Made by a program: the position numbers and the translations under genes. From Diadema antillarum (taxonomy: Eukaryota): a DNA stretch of 64,000 nucleotides. Under the pieces are notes generated by a model. It was not told the DNA's origin. It worked only from the letters and a program-made list of their open reading frames with translations, and did not search any database. This document shows positions 1 through 12,817 of this stretch, in pieces. The stretch covers positions 124,001 to 188,000 of the forward strand of contig NW_027271764.1 of the NCBI RefSeq assembly GCF_040938485.1. Reading direction: 5' to 3'. The first letter of the stretch is position 1; each line of letters begins with the position of its first letter.

Positions 1-68
1 GGGGGGATCCATCTCCCCCCCCCCCCGGTCTGTGGATAGCCAAAAAAGCCCGGCCCCTTTAGGGTTAA
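1..68. mobile_element. Right end of a TTAA-CCCT...AGGG-TTAA (piggyBac-like) MITE, truncated by window edge
   Basis: Ends ...AAAAAGCCCGGCCCCTTTAGGG-TTAA, like the element at 5977-6098. Confidence 0.6.
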
Positions 69-446
69 CATAAAAGAAAATGTCCGTATTCAATCTCACG
101 AGCCAGGCTACGGTTTAACCTGAAGGAAATTGTAATCTATTTTGCTTTGATGTGTTCGCAACTATATATTTCATTGCTTATTTGGAGCAATGTTTATGGA
201 GTCAAAGAGTTCACCTCCAATGCTACCACAAACAGACTATAAAGCTAACGATAAAACAATAAAATACATATTACGACATATGTCTACATTCCATTCAATC
301 TAGAAACGTGATAACTTGGGTCAAACGGGACATTAGAATTCATATCTTCTTAATGGATATACAGTGCATGTACACATTAACTCTTTTGTGGGGAAGTGGG
401 TGTATGAGTCTTCAATAATCACTCTTCACTGGAAAATTAAACATAC

Positions 447-789
447 ATGTTCCTCAACCAGTCTTGCATGCTGCACATCCTCTGCCAAAGGGTGGGGTCG
501 CTCAATGGCCATTGCCGACACCAGACTTGGTGATTTGGAGCCAGGTCTCCGGTTCCTTAGGTACGTGTCGTAGTCCATCCCCGTGCTGGACCCCTCCGTG
601 ACGGAGGCGCTCATTGCCGCCCCCGGGGAACTTGTCTTGAGGGTCTGGGGAGGGGAGGCCGAGAGCTTGCGAGCCACAGTTGTCAGGACGGCCGTGGAGG
701 GCGGAGCCACGATCCCAGCATCCTTTGGAGCAGGTTTCCACTCAAGGCCTTTGCAATCACGCCAGAAGCGCTGGATCGTTACCACTGCC
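447..789 (-). CDS. LRRIQ3: LRRIQ3 exon (second IQ-like motif, low-complexity region)
   Basis: atgcag|G AVVTIQRFWRD...LVEEH|gtatgt, 343 nt, phase-compatible with previous exon. Confidence 0.8.
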
Positions 790-3700
790 CTGCATACGAA
801 CACGCAAATAATGTTGTGTGATGGGTGGATGCTAATTACATTTTTCTTCTGCTTTATACAGAATTACTACATACTTGCTTTTTTTTGTAACTAAAGAAGT
901 TGTCATCACTCTATTTGAGTAAAAAAAAAGGATATCTACTATAGTCTTCTACATGTAAGGTCTTTTGAATAACAACTGAATCTGCTTCTGTGGTCATTCT
1001 GGGATCTTACTGAAACTTCAGAAGAGCACTTCGGGCTGCGTTCGAGCTTGATTTTGTTTTTCACTTGAGCTTTCCATGAAGGGAGCCATTTGTATGTGGT
1101 GTATACAAGTCCATCTGCACATTTTATAGACTCACATAGAAAACCCTTTTTTTCTATCATTTTCTCCATACTTCTTTATCAAGGACATCCTTTCTATAAA
1201 AACAAATGGCCTACAATTCTATGTGGCTGTATTTTTATTATCACAGAGCAATGCCCTTCATGTGGTGCTGAACGGGTGACTTGCATCTATAATGGTAAAA
1301 GGCCTCCATAAATTGTTTCAAGAGCTGATAAAATCTCTACAGATCTGTGGCTTTGTATGTCATCCATGTTCGTCAGGTACAACCTTTTTCTTGGGGAGTG
1401 GAATCTCATTTCATCCGTCATTTTTATTTCAAAGTTATTTCACTCTTACTGTACCAATGGATAGAGATACACTGACTGAGTCTTTAAATAAAAAAAAAAA
1501 ACACACACACACACACACACCAATTACAAACAGCAGAGGATCCCTAAGTACACAAAGTACACAACACATTCCAAAAATACACTGTAACTGTTATTTATAT
1601 GCAAAAATGTTTTATACTTTATGTTTGTAAAGCTCTTTCATCAGCTATTTCTCTGTTGAATTGTGCTACATAGAAATACTATATTATTATCATGATCATT
1701 ATTATTATTATGACTTTGGTTCTGGGGCCAAACCAAGAGCTTTCTTCTATCATTCAGCACATGAAACATATTTTTTGGTCTATTCCTTTATACCACTACA
1801 CTCAAAGGCGCATTCCAGACAATTTTCACAATTTCACATGTAGTACATAAAACGACAGCTCCATGTATAGATTTGAGGAATTCATTGTGATCCTTGAGCA
1901 GAGAAACCAATACTCTGAAAATCTTAAACAAATTACACTAAACAGTGTTGATGACATAGGAGCCTCACATATTTGAGAAATGTAGCAGTGTAATTCAATT
2001 ACAATACCGCTTGTTGAACAACTAACTCACCAGTATAGAACCTATGTGTGCCTTCTTCTTTTGTTCTGCTTCATTGAGCCCCAACTCAAGCACTCTTATG
2101 GTGAGGCTGCCATGTCATCATCCTTGTTCATTGCAATTTGTTATTAATTTTGAAAACATTCTTATTCCTCCTCCCAATCACGATAAATTCTGAAAAGTCT
2201 ACATTTTGTATAACTAATTCATAGTTGTTCAAATGTATAAGTCTGAAAATCATCTGGAGGTCCCCTTTAATGCATCCATTCATGAAAGCGTCCCCCTGGT
2301 CATGTAAATCAGTATATTTCAAGAGAAACTGGAGATCCGTGGACTCACCAGATCTTGGTCCGTGCCATGATTCGGAACCTCCTGCGCGTCACCCATCCCC
2401 TGATGAAGCGCTGGATGATGAGGACCGGGGAATGCTTGGCCTGGATGCGGGAGACTTTCTGGAGCACCGACCGCACCTGGGCCAGCTCTTCATCAAGGGA
2501 GTTGTCCTGTGAAGGGAATCCAAGGGAATACACACACACAAAAAAAAAAATAATAATAATAATTAAAACCTAGAGTCTTATCTACTGCTCTAAGCAAAAT
2601 GACAATGCACAGAAATAAACAGGGGTATATTATTTAACACTTTATGTGCCATGGTGTAAACCTTCTACGTGCCACATTATTCTAAGACAGCAACACAGTC
2701 AAGCTTTCAGAAAACATTCTGCCTGTCAAATCTATGCGTTTTAGCAGAATATACGAACTTGGCATGCCATTGACTGAGGTGGGCATGCAAACATGGCACG
2801 TAAAGAGTAAAAAATAAATAGAATAGAAGTGGATGATGGTGTGGAAAGGACTGATACATTTAGGAAGATCACTGCAAATGAACCAGGAAAAGCATCTTTG
2901 CCACACTATGATTTGCCCTTTATCCTCAGCAATAAAAGATTATATGATAATAACAACACAATATCACAGCAGAAGAAATAGCTGTAGAACTATACAGCCA
3001 AAGAAATTGTATCATTAGTATCATGGGGTAACATCACTTGGGACAAAAAAGTGAAGGAAGCCATTTTGTTATATTGGGGTTGATACTTCCAAAATGGTCT
3101 TTAATGGGACATTTTAGATAATGTAAATTTGATTTCAGCTGTTATGAGATACAAATCCTGTGGTTTTTGCAGACATGCACTGATCTATCTTCTTTGCTTT
3201 AATTAATAATTTACAAAATGAGGAAAAATGTAGCAATCTTCGTTTGTTTCCGGCAGAAAATGTAAAATATTTTGCAGACAAAAAAACAAAGTTGTAACAT
3301 TTCATGTCTTCTATAAAACCAAATAGAAACATACTCAAATAATTTGAATCCTATTCCGCAACATTATTTTTTTGTATGAAATGAGAAATGAATTTTTGTT
3401 ACAGCATATTCTTGTAACAAATGAGAAATTGCCTACCTTTTTGTCAGGTGTGACGAGATTCATATGGAAGGACGAGTGGAGCATGCTGAAGTGACCTCCA
3501 AAGAAGGCATCCTCAATGATTTCCTCATCTGAGATGACATGGTTGTCTAGCGCCTTCAGCGACCATACACTGCATGAACATAACAAAACAAAAGATGAAA
3601 TTCAGATTTTGAAACGTGTGATCATAATAATCCCTCAGCATTGCAGTGAGTACATTACACACAATCAAAATCGTTCATGAAATTCATTCAGTAAGTTATT

Positions 3701-6700
3701 TGACTGCCACACTCTAAACACCTAAATGTGAGTTTAGGTGAACCCTTCATTACTCTGATTGCAGAAAACAATCATCAAGTGTGCTTGTTTGAAGGTTGGA
3801 AACTCATCAAGTGGGCCACAACCTTGCAAAGTTGACTTACTTTGTACATTCTACCTCAATCTGACATTAGGTGACCCATTACAATGACAAGCCGGCCACT
3901 AAAGAGCAGAATAGGTTGTTAATTTCTAGGATATAGGACCACATTCATGCCCTTCTGGGTTTACAGGTGATGATAGTTTGTCGTTGGTCAGACACTTATT
4001 ACGCTCAGGGAAGTGCTGTATAGTGTTGCTGTTTTTTATTATTATTATTATTATTTTTGGATGGATTTGATAAATAATGCCTTGCGAGGGGTTTCCATCT
4101 CATTTTACCTGTTGACAACGTGATGCCTGTAGGTCATCTTCAGACTGATCGGGGTGTCGTACAGAGTCAGGACCTGAAGGTTGGATGCTGCCCCCATGGC
4201 CTGCAAGTAGTCCAGCCGACTGATGCTGTTGTTATGGAGATACAACATGCGCAGCTCTCTCATCCCTGACCAGAATTTCTCATCTGGGAGCTGGTTGATC
4301 TGAAACCAGAACAAAGGGATAACAAGATGTTTAAAAAAACACAAACACAAGATAAGAAAAGAAAAGAACACTAAAATATCAACAATTGTTTCTTTAATTG
4401 TAGAATGTGATACAGTCACATGAATTGGAATCAGATATACTTCATCTCTTTAAATATAGTGCCCTGAGAATAGCTTTAATTAATTTACAAATGTTACTTC
4501 ATCAATTTCAATAAATGCATTCTTTGGAAAAAAAAAAGAAATTACACGTATGACAAATGTTGTGGTATTTGTGACCGTGCACCTCAAAACGAACATAAAG
4601 TCGCGCACACACTGATTTTGCATGAGGACTGAAAATAAGTGAAATGGGTCAACCTAGCCGAACTTGACTTTTTCATATTTTCTGAAAGAGCGGGTCTTCT
4701 TTTACATTATGCTAATATTTGGTATCATAAAACGGGCAAGAAAGTGTGTTTTTTTTAGCAGTTTATCTCGAACATTTTTGGTAGAATAGTGTGATTAGGT
4801 GTGTCTTTAGAATCCCTTTTTCATTTCTGAAAAACCTTGTCCACACTCACCACTTTCAACTCTAATAACTTTTGAAAGGATAGTGCTACTGCTTTGAAAG
4901 TTAGCATTAATTATGGACAGAATGTGTTAATGAGGCATGCTTAATTTCAGTTTAATCTGATAATCCCTTCATTGTTATTACTCTCGTGGTTTACTTCCTG
5001 TTTTTTTGTCCCATTCATCGCACAGCCAGCACGGTTTGGTAAAGATTAAGCGCTTGAATAGACACTGTACTTCAGAGCCTCTTTTCTCAGTTCACACTTT
5101 TCCTGAGTTTGTGCTTTCTTTCCAATATTTAGATAGGTTAGGAGAGTCCATTTGATTTGAGTTATACATCATTTTAAAGCTTAAAGTCTGTTCTTTCAGA
5201 ATATGGTCTTAACTAAAAATTCATGTCTGGCGACTTTTTGTTTGTTTTGAGGTGCAGGGTCTTATTTTATGTCTGTGGAAAATTTAAGAGAAGTACAAAC
5301 CTGGTTGCCATGGAGATCGAGTTTGACCAGACGCCTGCATGCAGCCAGCCCCTCAAAGCTCTTGATGTAGTTTGAAGCCAGGTTGCACACTCTCAGGTTG
5401 AGGCATTCTCCAGTGGCTCCCACATCCCTGAGGTGCACCCCACAGAGTCGCACCATCTGGACATCTTCTAAGTTATAAATGCTTCCGTCCTTTTCTCGGC
5501 ATGCCTGCAGACAATCAAAAATTTATGGGTTTGAAATAATTCCAATGCATTTTCGGTTCAAACCTGAAATTGTAAACAAAGTTAAAAACAGGCCAGATAA
5601 ACAATGTATGAATTACATATTATAAGCCAAACTGATCATCAATGATACAGTTAGCTCAGTTGGTTTCTGGTGCCCACAATAATTCTTCCTTTAGTGAATG
5701 TGGACCCGGAAAGAACCAGTGTACTTGTCCATCAAAGACCAGACTACATCGAACGTGAACTGAGTAGGTCCTTTTGCAGGACCACATTCATCCAAGAAAG
5801 AATTTGTGTGCAGTACCAGAAACCAACAGGCATACAGTACATCCTCTCCCCAGGAAAACTTTGAGAATTACACTTGTAATGCATTTGCTAACTTAAATTT
5901 TGAACTGAACAATTACAATGAAACACTGTATCAGTTTAACGCACATTACATTTTGATTGTACATCATAACATAATTTTAACCCTAAATAGGCCGGGGCTG
6001 ATTAAATCAACCGCAGTTGCTGGAATCAAACCCCCCCCCCCCCCCCCCCCCCCCTCGGCCACAGAACACCCCAAAAAGCCTGGCCTGGTTAGGGTTAAGG
6101 CTACAACATCAGGGGGCAAGACAGAGACTCCAACCCAAAGCACCTTCTGATCTGGAGATTCTCCCGCCTGAAACCCCTAGCAAACGGGAGATTCCAAGTT
6201 GATGTGTGCAAAGCGCGAAATTCCCAGGGTTCTAGATGCTCTCTGGTGCTATCTAAGGCTTATTTTTTCAACATACGATAGCAATAAGTAAGAAATCCTT
6301 TCCAACGGGAGACACAGAGCCAGGGCAGCAGAAATTAAATCATAAGCGGGAGAACGGGAGATTTTGCAAAAATGGGTTTTCAGCGGGAGATCTCCCGTCG
6401 AAAACAGGAGAGTTGGAGTCTCTGGCAAGGAGACCTCAGAGACTGCAAAGATAAACCTGACCACAGGGTACCTGTAGAGCATCTACATAACTGTGTATAG
6501 AGTATCAAAGTATTCCTTACTGTCAAAATCATAGCCTCTGTGGGGGAAGCAAGATAGCCCTTTTCCTGTGCTTGCTTGAGGAACTGTTTATTACGCTCCT
6601 TTTCCATGATGCTGCGTAGTCGACGAGGGCGCTGTTGCTCTTGGAGCCAGGACAGCAGCTGTGGTTGATTGGCCATGGGTTGCATGTGACCGCCTGGAAA

Positions 6701-6703
6701 CAT
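447..6703 (-). CDS. LRRIQ3: Leucine-rich repeat and IQ motif protein 3-like gene (spliced, 3' end beyond left edge of window)
   Basis: Exons 6703-6521, 5504-5301, 4299-4109, 3569-3437, 2506-2349, 789-447 join in frame with GT-AG sites. The protein has LRR segments (LRVCNLASNYI, LVKLDLHGNQI, LRMLYLHNNSI), SLKMTYRHHVVNSVWSLKALDNHVISDEEII and HSPVLIIQRFIRGW, matching recalled vertebrate LRRIQ3 motifs. In-frame TGA upstream of ATG 6703. Confidence 0.88.
2349..2506 (-). CDS. LRRIQ3: LRRIQ3 exon (IQ motif)
   Basis: tcacag|DNSLDEE...IIQRFIRGWVTRRRF...KI TG|gtgagt, 158 nt. Confidence 0.9.
3437..3569 (-). CDS. LRRIQ3: LRRIQ3 exon (LRR cap)
   Basis: atgcag|T VWSLKALDNHVISDEEII...PDKK|gtaggc, 133 nt. 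Confidence 0.9.
4109..4299 (-). CDS. LRRIQ3: LRRIQ3 exon (LRR)
   Basis: tttcag|INQLPDEKFW...YRHHVVN AG|gtaaaa, 191 nt. Confidence 0.9.
4571..5263. mobile_element. Non-autonomous DNA transposon (~690 bp) in LRRIQ3 intron
   Basis: ~33-bp TIRs TGACCGTGCACCTCAAAACGAACATAAAGTCGC / GCGACTTTTTGTTTGTTTTGAGGTGCAGGGTC; an end fragment recurs at ~10660-10692. Confidence 0.7.
5301..5504 (-). CDS. LRRIQ3: LRRIQ3 exon (LRR)
   Basis: ctgcag|ACREKDGSIYNLEDVQMVRL...KLDLHGNQ|gtttgt, 204 nt. Confidence 0.9.
5977..6098. mobile_element. piggyBac-like MITE with internal poly-C
   Basis: TTAA target duplication; imperfect TIRs CCCTAAATAGGCCGGGGCT / AGCCTGGCCTGGTTAGGG. Confidence 0.7.
6122..6424. mobile_element. 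~300-bp MITE family A (CAGAGACTCCAAC...GTTGGAGTCTCTG), hAT-like termini
   Basis: 13-bp perfect TIR; flanks GCAAGA/GCAAGG (6-bp TSD, 1 mismatch); near-identical copies at 61276 and 61752. Confidence 0.85.
6521..6703 (-). CDS. LRRIQ3: LRRIQ3 first coding exon (CDS part; exon acceptor at 6837)
   Basis: ATG 6703 MFPGGHMQP...AMILT, donor gtaagg, phase 0. Confidence 0.75.
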
Positions 6704-8318
6704 TGTGCCGTTTGGTGTCCTGACGTTTTTGTGCAGCTGTCAGATGGCGACGCCCCTTTGCTCTTAGACTCACTCGGCCATGTTGTGTGAACGCATCCAA
6801 TTGTACACTAGACACGTATATTCAGTCTCTCTTGTTCCTGTTATGAATTACGAATAGAGACAAGAGAAAAAAAAAACAGTGAGTTACAAATATAATTAAG
6901 ATTATGCTGGCTGCTTTGCAGCATGCAGTGTAGAAAGCAAAATATAGTTTTTTGAAGTGCCATATTGTATAGAAATCCAAGCTTATCTAGTCAGTGCAGT
7001 GCAATGCAATTTGAATCGATCATGCAGCCAAAATGTAAAATTTTATGAGAACCACAATAAATACCATTACATGACAGCATATTAGTATTACTAACCCACA
7101 GGCTACAACTGATTGCAGATTACAGCATTTAGCTGTGACAGGGTTGTCGTTCACACTAAATCAAGGGCTGTTGAGCTTCTATTTCTTTAACCATTTGACT
7201 AAAAATGCTGGGCAGTATCTCCCAGAAATGCACTCCCAATTCCAGTAGGTGCAATTCTCATGATGAATCTAACATTAGGACTGAAGATATGGCCTTTATT
7301 TAGTGTACTTTTCCCAAATTTCCTATCAACCAGAGCATCCCCTTCACCAGTGCCCATACCCACTTACACTCTCTGTTGTGTCAGTCAAGTTAGATACAAA
7401 GTCTAACATCATTAAATTTTATGTTATGTGTACAGCCCATGATTTGTGTCTATGAAAGATAGCTTTAATGCTAGTTAGATATTCACTTAGAATAAGATCC
7501 TATAAACCTGGACTGCGGTAAGAAACACACTGCAATTCACAGTCCAGATTCATTCTCGACTGAAAAAAAAAAAAACATTAAAAAGCAAATTTGTAGTTCT
7601 ACGGCCTAGATCTTAGGAGACCCTAACATTAATTCTTTCATTGTCCACCCACATAACAAGTGTTTTCACTGTCCTCCAGTTCTACAGAGACTTTGATAGA
7701 TTTTATGTGGACGAAGCAGTTCCTCAATTCCACCCTTACGTCAGGAAAAATAGGGTTTTCTAGATAAATAACAGAACATGCCAGACATTACTACTATATT
7801 TACTCTAGTGCATAGTTAGTAGTAGGCCTCAGCAGCATACGGTTTCTTGAGATTGAGAATCTATCAGTAAAATTACCTAGCTGAGAACTCATGAACTAAC
7901 TGTACAATAACTGTCAATAGTGTTAGACAAGTTCTATTGTTTATAATAGCTACAGCTGTAGTGTAGAAACCAAACAGCGACACTAGTAGTAGCATGGTAG
8001 TGTAGATCTAGGTATTATAGGGTAGGCCCTAGGCCTAGTTAGTAGTAGAGCTACTACAATAGGAGGTCTAGATTCTACAAGATGGACACATTTTGTGCGG
8101 CATGCAGTGCAGCAGTGCAGCAGCTGCTGTGTGCAACACACCCGGACCCGGACAAGACACCACCGCCGAAACTACGGGGCAATCTGTAGCAGAGAGGTCG
8201 CGTTGGATTCTAGGAGCTGCAAAATGTAGCGGCAGTACATTAAAACTTTCACAGATTGTTCGGGTCTTGCATCGTATTTGCGTGCAGCAACAGAACGAAA
8301 CTTACACAGTTTTCTTAC

Positions 8319-8420
8319 CAAAGTGGCCCGCCGGTATGGTCACTCTATCACTCCACTTGATTTGAAATTGTTAAAATCTTGTTTTCACAAGTTGGACAAG
8401 TTTGAATGATCAATACAATC
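8319..8420 (-). other. Candidate non-coding first exon of LRRIQ3
   Basis: Minus-strand donors G|gtaaga (after 8319) and gtaagt (8305) at the edge of a CpG-rich zone (~8090-8850); 5' boundary is a guess. Confidence 0.35.
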
Positions 8421-8663
8421 GTACACTAAAACCAGTCAGTGTGTAGTGTACACAAGAAAAGCGTACACACACACATGATCCAAACGTACGTACGTACGTA
8501 CACATACAAGACGCGCACGCCGACGCCGCGGAAGAGCCGCCTTCGTCGTCATGGCAGCAACTGCCAAATCCGACAAAAATAACAAACGCCCTCTTGTGTC
8601 AACCGTGAACAACGAGCAAGATCGACGTGTGGGTTGATCGCTCGAACGCGCATACTCATTAAC

Positions 8664-8773
8664 AGGTGTTTTCACATCAGCCCGATAAAATTCCAAGCTC
8701 GAGATATTTTCCAATTTCCCAAGTCAGAAAATAGCGCGCTATTTCGAAACATCGGGCTGATGTGAAAACGCCT
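8664..8773. mobile_element. Small Harbinger-like MITE
   Basis: 23-bp TIR AGGTGTTTTCACATCAGCCCGAT / ATCGGGCTGATGTGAAAACGCCT. Confidence 0.7.
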
Positions 8774-9749
8774 AGTGGTACTCCGTTTCGCACAATGAGC
8801 AAAAGACTCGTGAGACTGATGCATGGCCGGCGGAACCGGGGGCTCGGCCCCCCCCCCCCCATTTTTTTTTCTTTTGCACCATACAAAGGAATGCATAAGG
8901 TGTCACCACTTTGGGAAATCGAATATTTTGTGTAATATACAGGCCCTTTATCACATATTAACAGCAACCTATTTCCGAAGAAATATTTATAAGATAATTA
9001 ATCGAGAAAAGATGCTTGGATGAGAATTTTTTTTCATCTTTTTAATAATTTTATACAGTGTATTTATAAGAAACTATATAATATCCTACAGGCAAATTTC
9101 TTTAACACTACATTTGATTGATAATATTTTTACTACTACTGATTAAATATTATTTGAAATCTGGCCTTTTGCATAGTGCGATTGCTGATCACTTTACTTA
9201 CATTTTAAAATATCATAATTTGTAATGACATGAAGTATCCTTATGGTACACAAACAAAACGTAACATGAATGTTATAAGAAAACATCCTATTATTGAAAG
9301 ACGATTTTATTTTTAATCACGGAAACACGGCACAGGGGAGTCACCAGCTTTTTTTCAAGGGGGGTGCGTTTTGACACTAAATATTTTTTGTTTAAAGTTG
9401 GGAACCGGTCTATTTTGTATAATTCAAGTACGCTGAATTAAAAAATTCCGTCTAAGATCATGTAATTTGCATAAACAAAATGGCCGACAATCCATTGCTT
9501 TTTAAGGTGTTTCGATGATTAAATTTTCATAAAATCTCCACAGAAATGCAGAAATAGTAATAATTTCAGTAATCAAGGTGCCAAAGACAGTAGCTAGATC
9601 ATCAATATTGTTCATAACATTGATTTTTATGCAAACTAAGAAATGAAATATGCAAATTAGGAGTTGCCATTGATACAGCAATGCATTACAGCATATTACT
9701 ATGCACATGTATAGTACTTATATTCCCTTCTGTTTTATCCGGCAAACAA

Positions 9750-10900
9750 AAAGTACATGGTGTTGTCAGAGCCCAATCAAAATTAGGTCCTGCTAATGCA
9801 TCTCAATCAATTCAAAAGAACTGAATTATACATATGCAAAATATCTATATGCAAATTGGCATACAAGAGGATACCAGGACTGGCAGGTTTCTACTATAGA
9901 TTCTACAATGTATTGCCGCAATATATAAATCTGAATCATAATCATGATGATATATAGTAATCATTGTATCAAGACCGGTTCACGAATCCTAAGTGTGATA
10001 AAGAGATACAAGAACCAACTTCAGCTATTAAGATAACACACGCATCTCATTTGCATAATAAATTATGCAAATATTTGGCCATTTTCTCAACATATTTTCC
10101 CCTTAAACAAAGTCTTTCTATCAAACTGTACCTTGACGTCATGTGTGAAGAATAGATAAGGTATCGGTCTATAAGAAAGCGTACATGGTGTCATCAGAGG
10201 AAAATCAAGTACTGAAATCAACCAATTCAGAAAAAAAAAATGAATAACAATATTTGCAATTATGTGTGCAAATTGGTATGCAAGAGGCTATAGAAGCGAC
10301 AGGCTTCGAGATTCTACAACACATTGCCGCGATATAGATGAATCTGAATAATTATATACACTAGTTATCATATATATATATACCAAGACCTTCCTGGTTG
10401 TGATGTAATAATGAGATACAGAGAAAAAAAAACTTTGAAATACATTAATAATCTGATTTGCATAATGAATTACGCAAAATAATAATTGGCCATTTCTACG
10501 CATATTTTCCCTAAAACAAAGTCTTGCTATCAAATTGTACACGTACCTTGGCGTACTGAAAATCAGGTAAGTTATCGAGCAAACAAGGTGCACATTATAG
10601 TGTCGTCAGAGTCTAAGGTAAATTAAGTACTGAAATCAATCAATAAAGGGGAGCTGCCCCTAACTAAAAACCCATGTCTGGCGACTTTTTGTTATACATC
10701 AAGACTTGTTCAAGATTCCTGGGGTGATAACGAGATAAAAAGAATTAACTGCATCTTTTACACAACACATCTCTATTATCTCATTTGCATAATAGATTAT
10801 GCAAATATTTGCCCATTTTCGATGCATATATTCCACCAAAACAAAGTCTTGCTATATATGAAAGTGTATCAAAAAGGATAAGTTATCGGGCAATCGCATC
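9750..10900. repeat. Degenerate tandem triplication, unit ~310-420 bp, probably inside an old transposon
   Basis: Recurring blocks GTACATGGTGT..TCAGAG (9755, ~10180, ~10590) and TCTCATTTGCATAAT..TTATGCAAATATTT (~10045, ~10450, ~10780); segment 9395-9450 has an inverted relative at 15761-15820. Confidence 0.55.
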
Positions 10901-11194
10901 ACTATCCATTGCTCTATAGATTAGTGCAAGGTCACTGTATCTTTCCCTGTACTTTGTCGGATTCATTGGATAAGTTGGTATGTAATTATTTTCAATCTGC
11001 AGGTGAATGTAAAATCAAGTGGCAACTTTCATAAATCTCGTCTGAGAACATAAAATGTCTTTTTGTTTTCATTTATCTCTTCACCCACTCTGCATGTCAC
11101 TAAGCTCAAGCCAAAATAAAAAAATAAATTGTAAGAAAAATCCTGGAATCTCTGAAACAGAACCGAAGAATGACTTTGTAATATACCTAAGTTA

Positions 11195-11577
11195 TTAAAT
11201 GCATAATTTACCACTTGATTTACCATTTGCAGATGAAATAAATACCCAGCATCAGGGCTTCAAAATAGTTCTAAAATGTAAGTTAGGGATAGAAACAACC
11301 AATGTAGAAATGTGAACCAGTATAATAGATTTTTAAGTACTAATATACAAAATTTGAACAATACTTATAATGACAATGTTTCCAGATTAAACCGTCTGCA
11401 GTTATGGTTTAATGAGAAAAATAGCGATATCTCCTTACATTTTATGCTTTATGCAGAAATTTTATATGGTACAGTGTTTTGTGATACAACTGACCTACAC
11501 ATAATATGCATCAAAAGTGATGTCTTGACAAAAATATTGTTTAAATCACTGCTCCCAAAGGTAAACAGGACCTTTAA
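11195..11577. mobile_element. TTAA-AGG...CCT-TTAA MITE family B (Kolobok/T2-like)
   Basis: TTAA flanks; highly similar copy at 58539-58894. Confidence 0.75.
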
Positions 11578-11727
11578 CACATTCATAATTTATGTTTGCT
11601 GTCAAAGAAACATAATCTGAGTCGAAAGGTCTATTTCTCAATCGAGCTGAATCAATCTACATTCATGCAAGGTTTGCATCATCACATTGTTGCTGACATG
11701 CACACATTGCTGTACATCGTAGGCCTG

Positions 11728-11846
11728 GGCTCCGTCTTATAAAGCCTTCAAATCAATCACAAGTCCCCAAATCAATCGCAACTTGCATTGCAGCTCACAA
11801 GAAACTTGTGATTGATTTCTATCACAAGTCTTTATAAGACAGGCCC
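11728..11846. mobile_element. Small Harbinger-like MITE
   Basis: TIR GTCTTATAAAG / CTTTATAAGAC; 3-bp CTG duplication. Confidence 0.55.
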
Positions 11847-12545
11847 CTGATTTGTGACATTTGCATCGAAACGTTCTGCATTGCTTTCGCATGCACGTGA
11901 AATAATCTCAAGGCAACTTTGGAGGATTGGAGCTAGAGATATCAGTACAGGCTGTAGGCCAAATCAAAACGTGCCCACCCATTGTCTACTGGTAAAGAAA
12001 GATCAGGTCTGGCACAGTGAGCAGGTTTTTCTTTCTTTCTGGTTTTTTTTTTTTTTTGATACAGGAGTATTGTCGTTGAACTGCTTCCGCAAGCGTTCAG
12101 TTTACTTTTGTCGGTGATATGGGTAGAACACTTTTTGTGCAAAACAAGCCTGGTTAAGATTTATAACGGTACAATTTTGGGGGGAATGGGACCGAATAAT
12201 TTACCTGTTTAGCAAAAGTCAGACAGACAAAGGAGCGTGGTGTCGTCCAGTTAAGAATAAACTGAAATGCATCAATACCTGGTGGTTATCACTGGCGGCA
12301 TGTTATCCACGTATGTTTAAAGTAAAAAAAAAAGGACCAGGAAGGGGTGAAGGTGAGATTGCACTGACCGAGGCAATTTCAGAGTTTAAACTGTTGACCG
12401 AGTATTTTTTTTTTTGGGGGGGGGGGGGGAACAGATGTATAAAAAGATCAAATCTAGATAGATGTGTGTGATATGTTTTCTTATCCATTTTCTTCTCCCT
12501 CGATCACTGCTATTCTAACGTCGTTATTAAAGTTTATCATAATAA

Positions 12546-12817
12546 GGCGCGGTCAGACTGGCAAAAGATCGGAAAGTTTAAGACGCGATCTTTTGTTGTC
12601 CGATCACACTAGCAAAAGATCGAGAAGTTTGGCCGTAATGGCATAGGATGAAATATCCCTAGTTGTAGTGGGAAGTTTCGCGGAAAGTTTGAGGTCACAT
12701 GCACTTGCAAAACGTCGAGATCTTAAAGATCGCGATCTTATCCAACTGTTCGATATTTGGCCAATCTGTCCGCGCCTTTTTTTTTTTCTTGATCTTTTGC
12801 CAGTGTGTGATCGTGGC
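12546..12817. mobile_element. Harbinger-like MITE
   Basis: TIR GGCGCGGTCAGACTGGCAAAAGATC / GATCTTTTGCCAGTGTGTGATCGTGGC, with internal AAAAGATCG repeats. Confidence 0.65.

Noticed and set aside
939-1169. 76-aa minus-strand ORF inside the LRRIQ3 intron
   Set aside because: No convincing donor or phase fit and no recognisable motif.
2031-2122. Exon-like segment in an LRRIQ3 intron (strong gtgagt donor; open frame LTIRVLELGLNEAEQKKKAHIGSIL)
   Set aside because: With either acceptor (76 or 92 nt) it shifts the frame or adds a stop, and the flanking exons already join in phase. Possible only with another unseen exon; needs RNA-seq.
8570-8640. Short plus-strand ORF with good Kozak (MAATAKSDKNNKRPLVSTVNNEQDRRVG) divergent from LRRIQ3; considered as an FPGT start
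   Set aside because: Stops after 28 codons, has no strong donor, no resemblance to FPGT and no downstream exons found.
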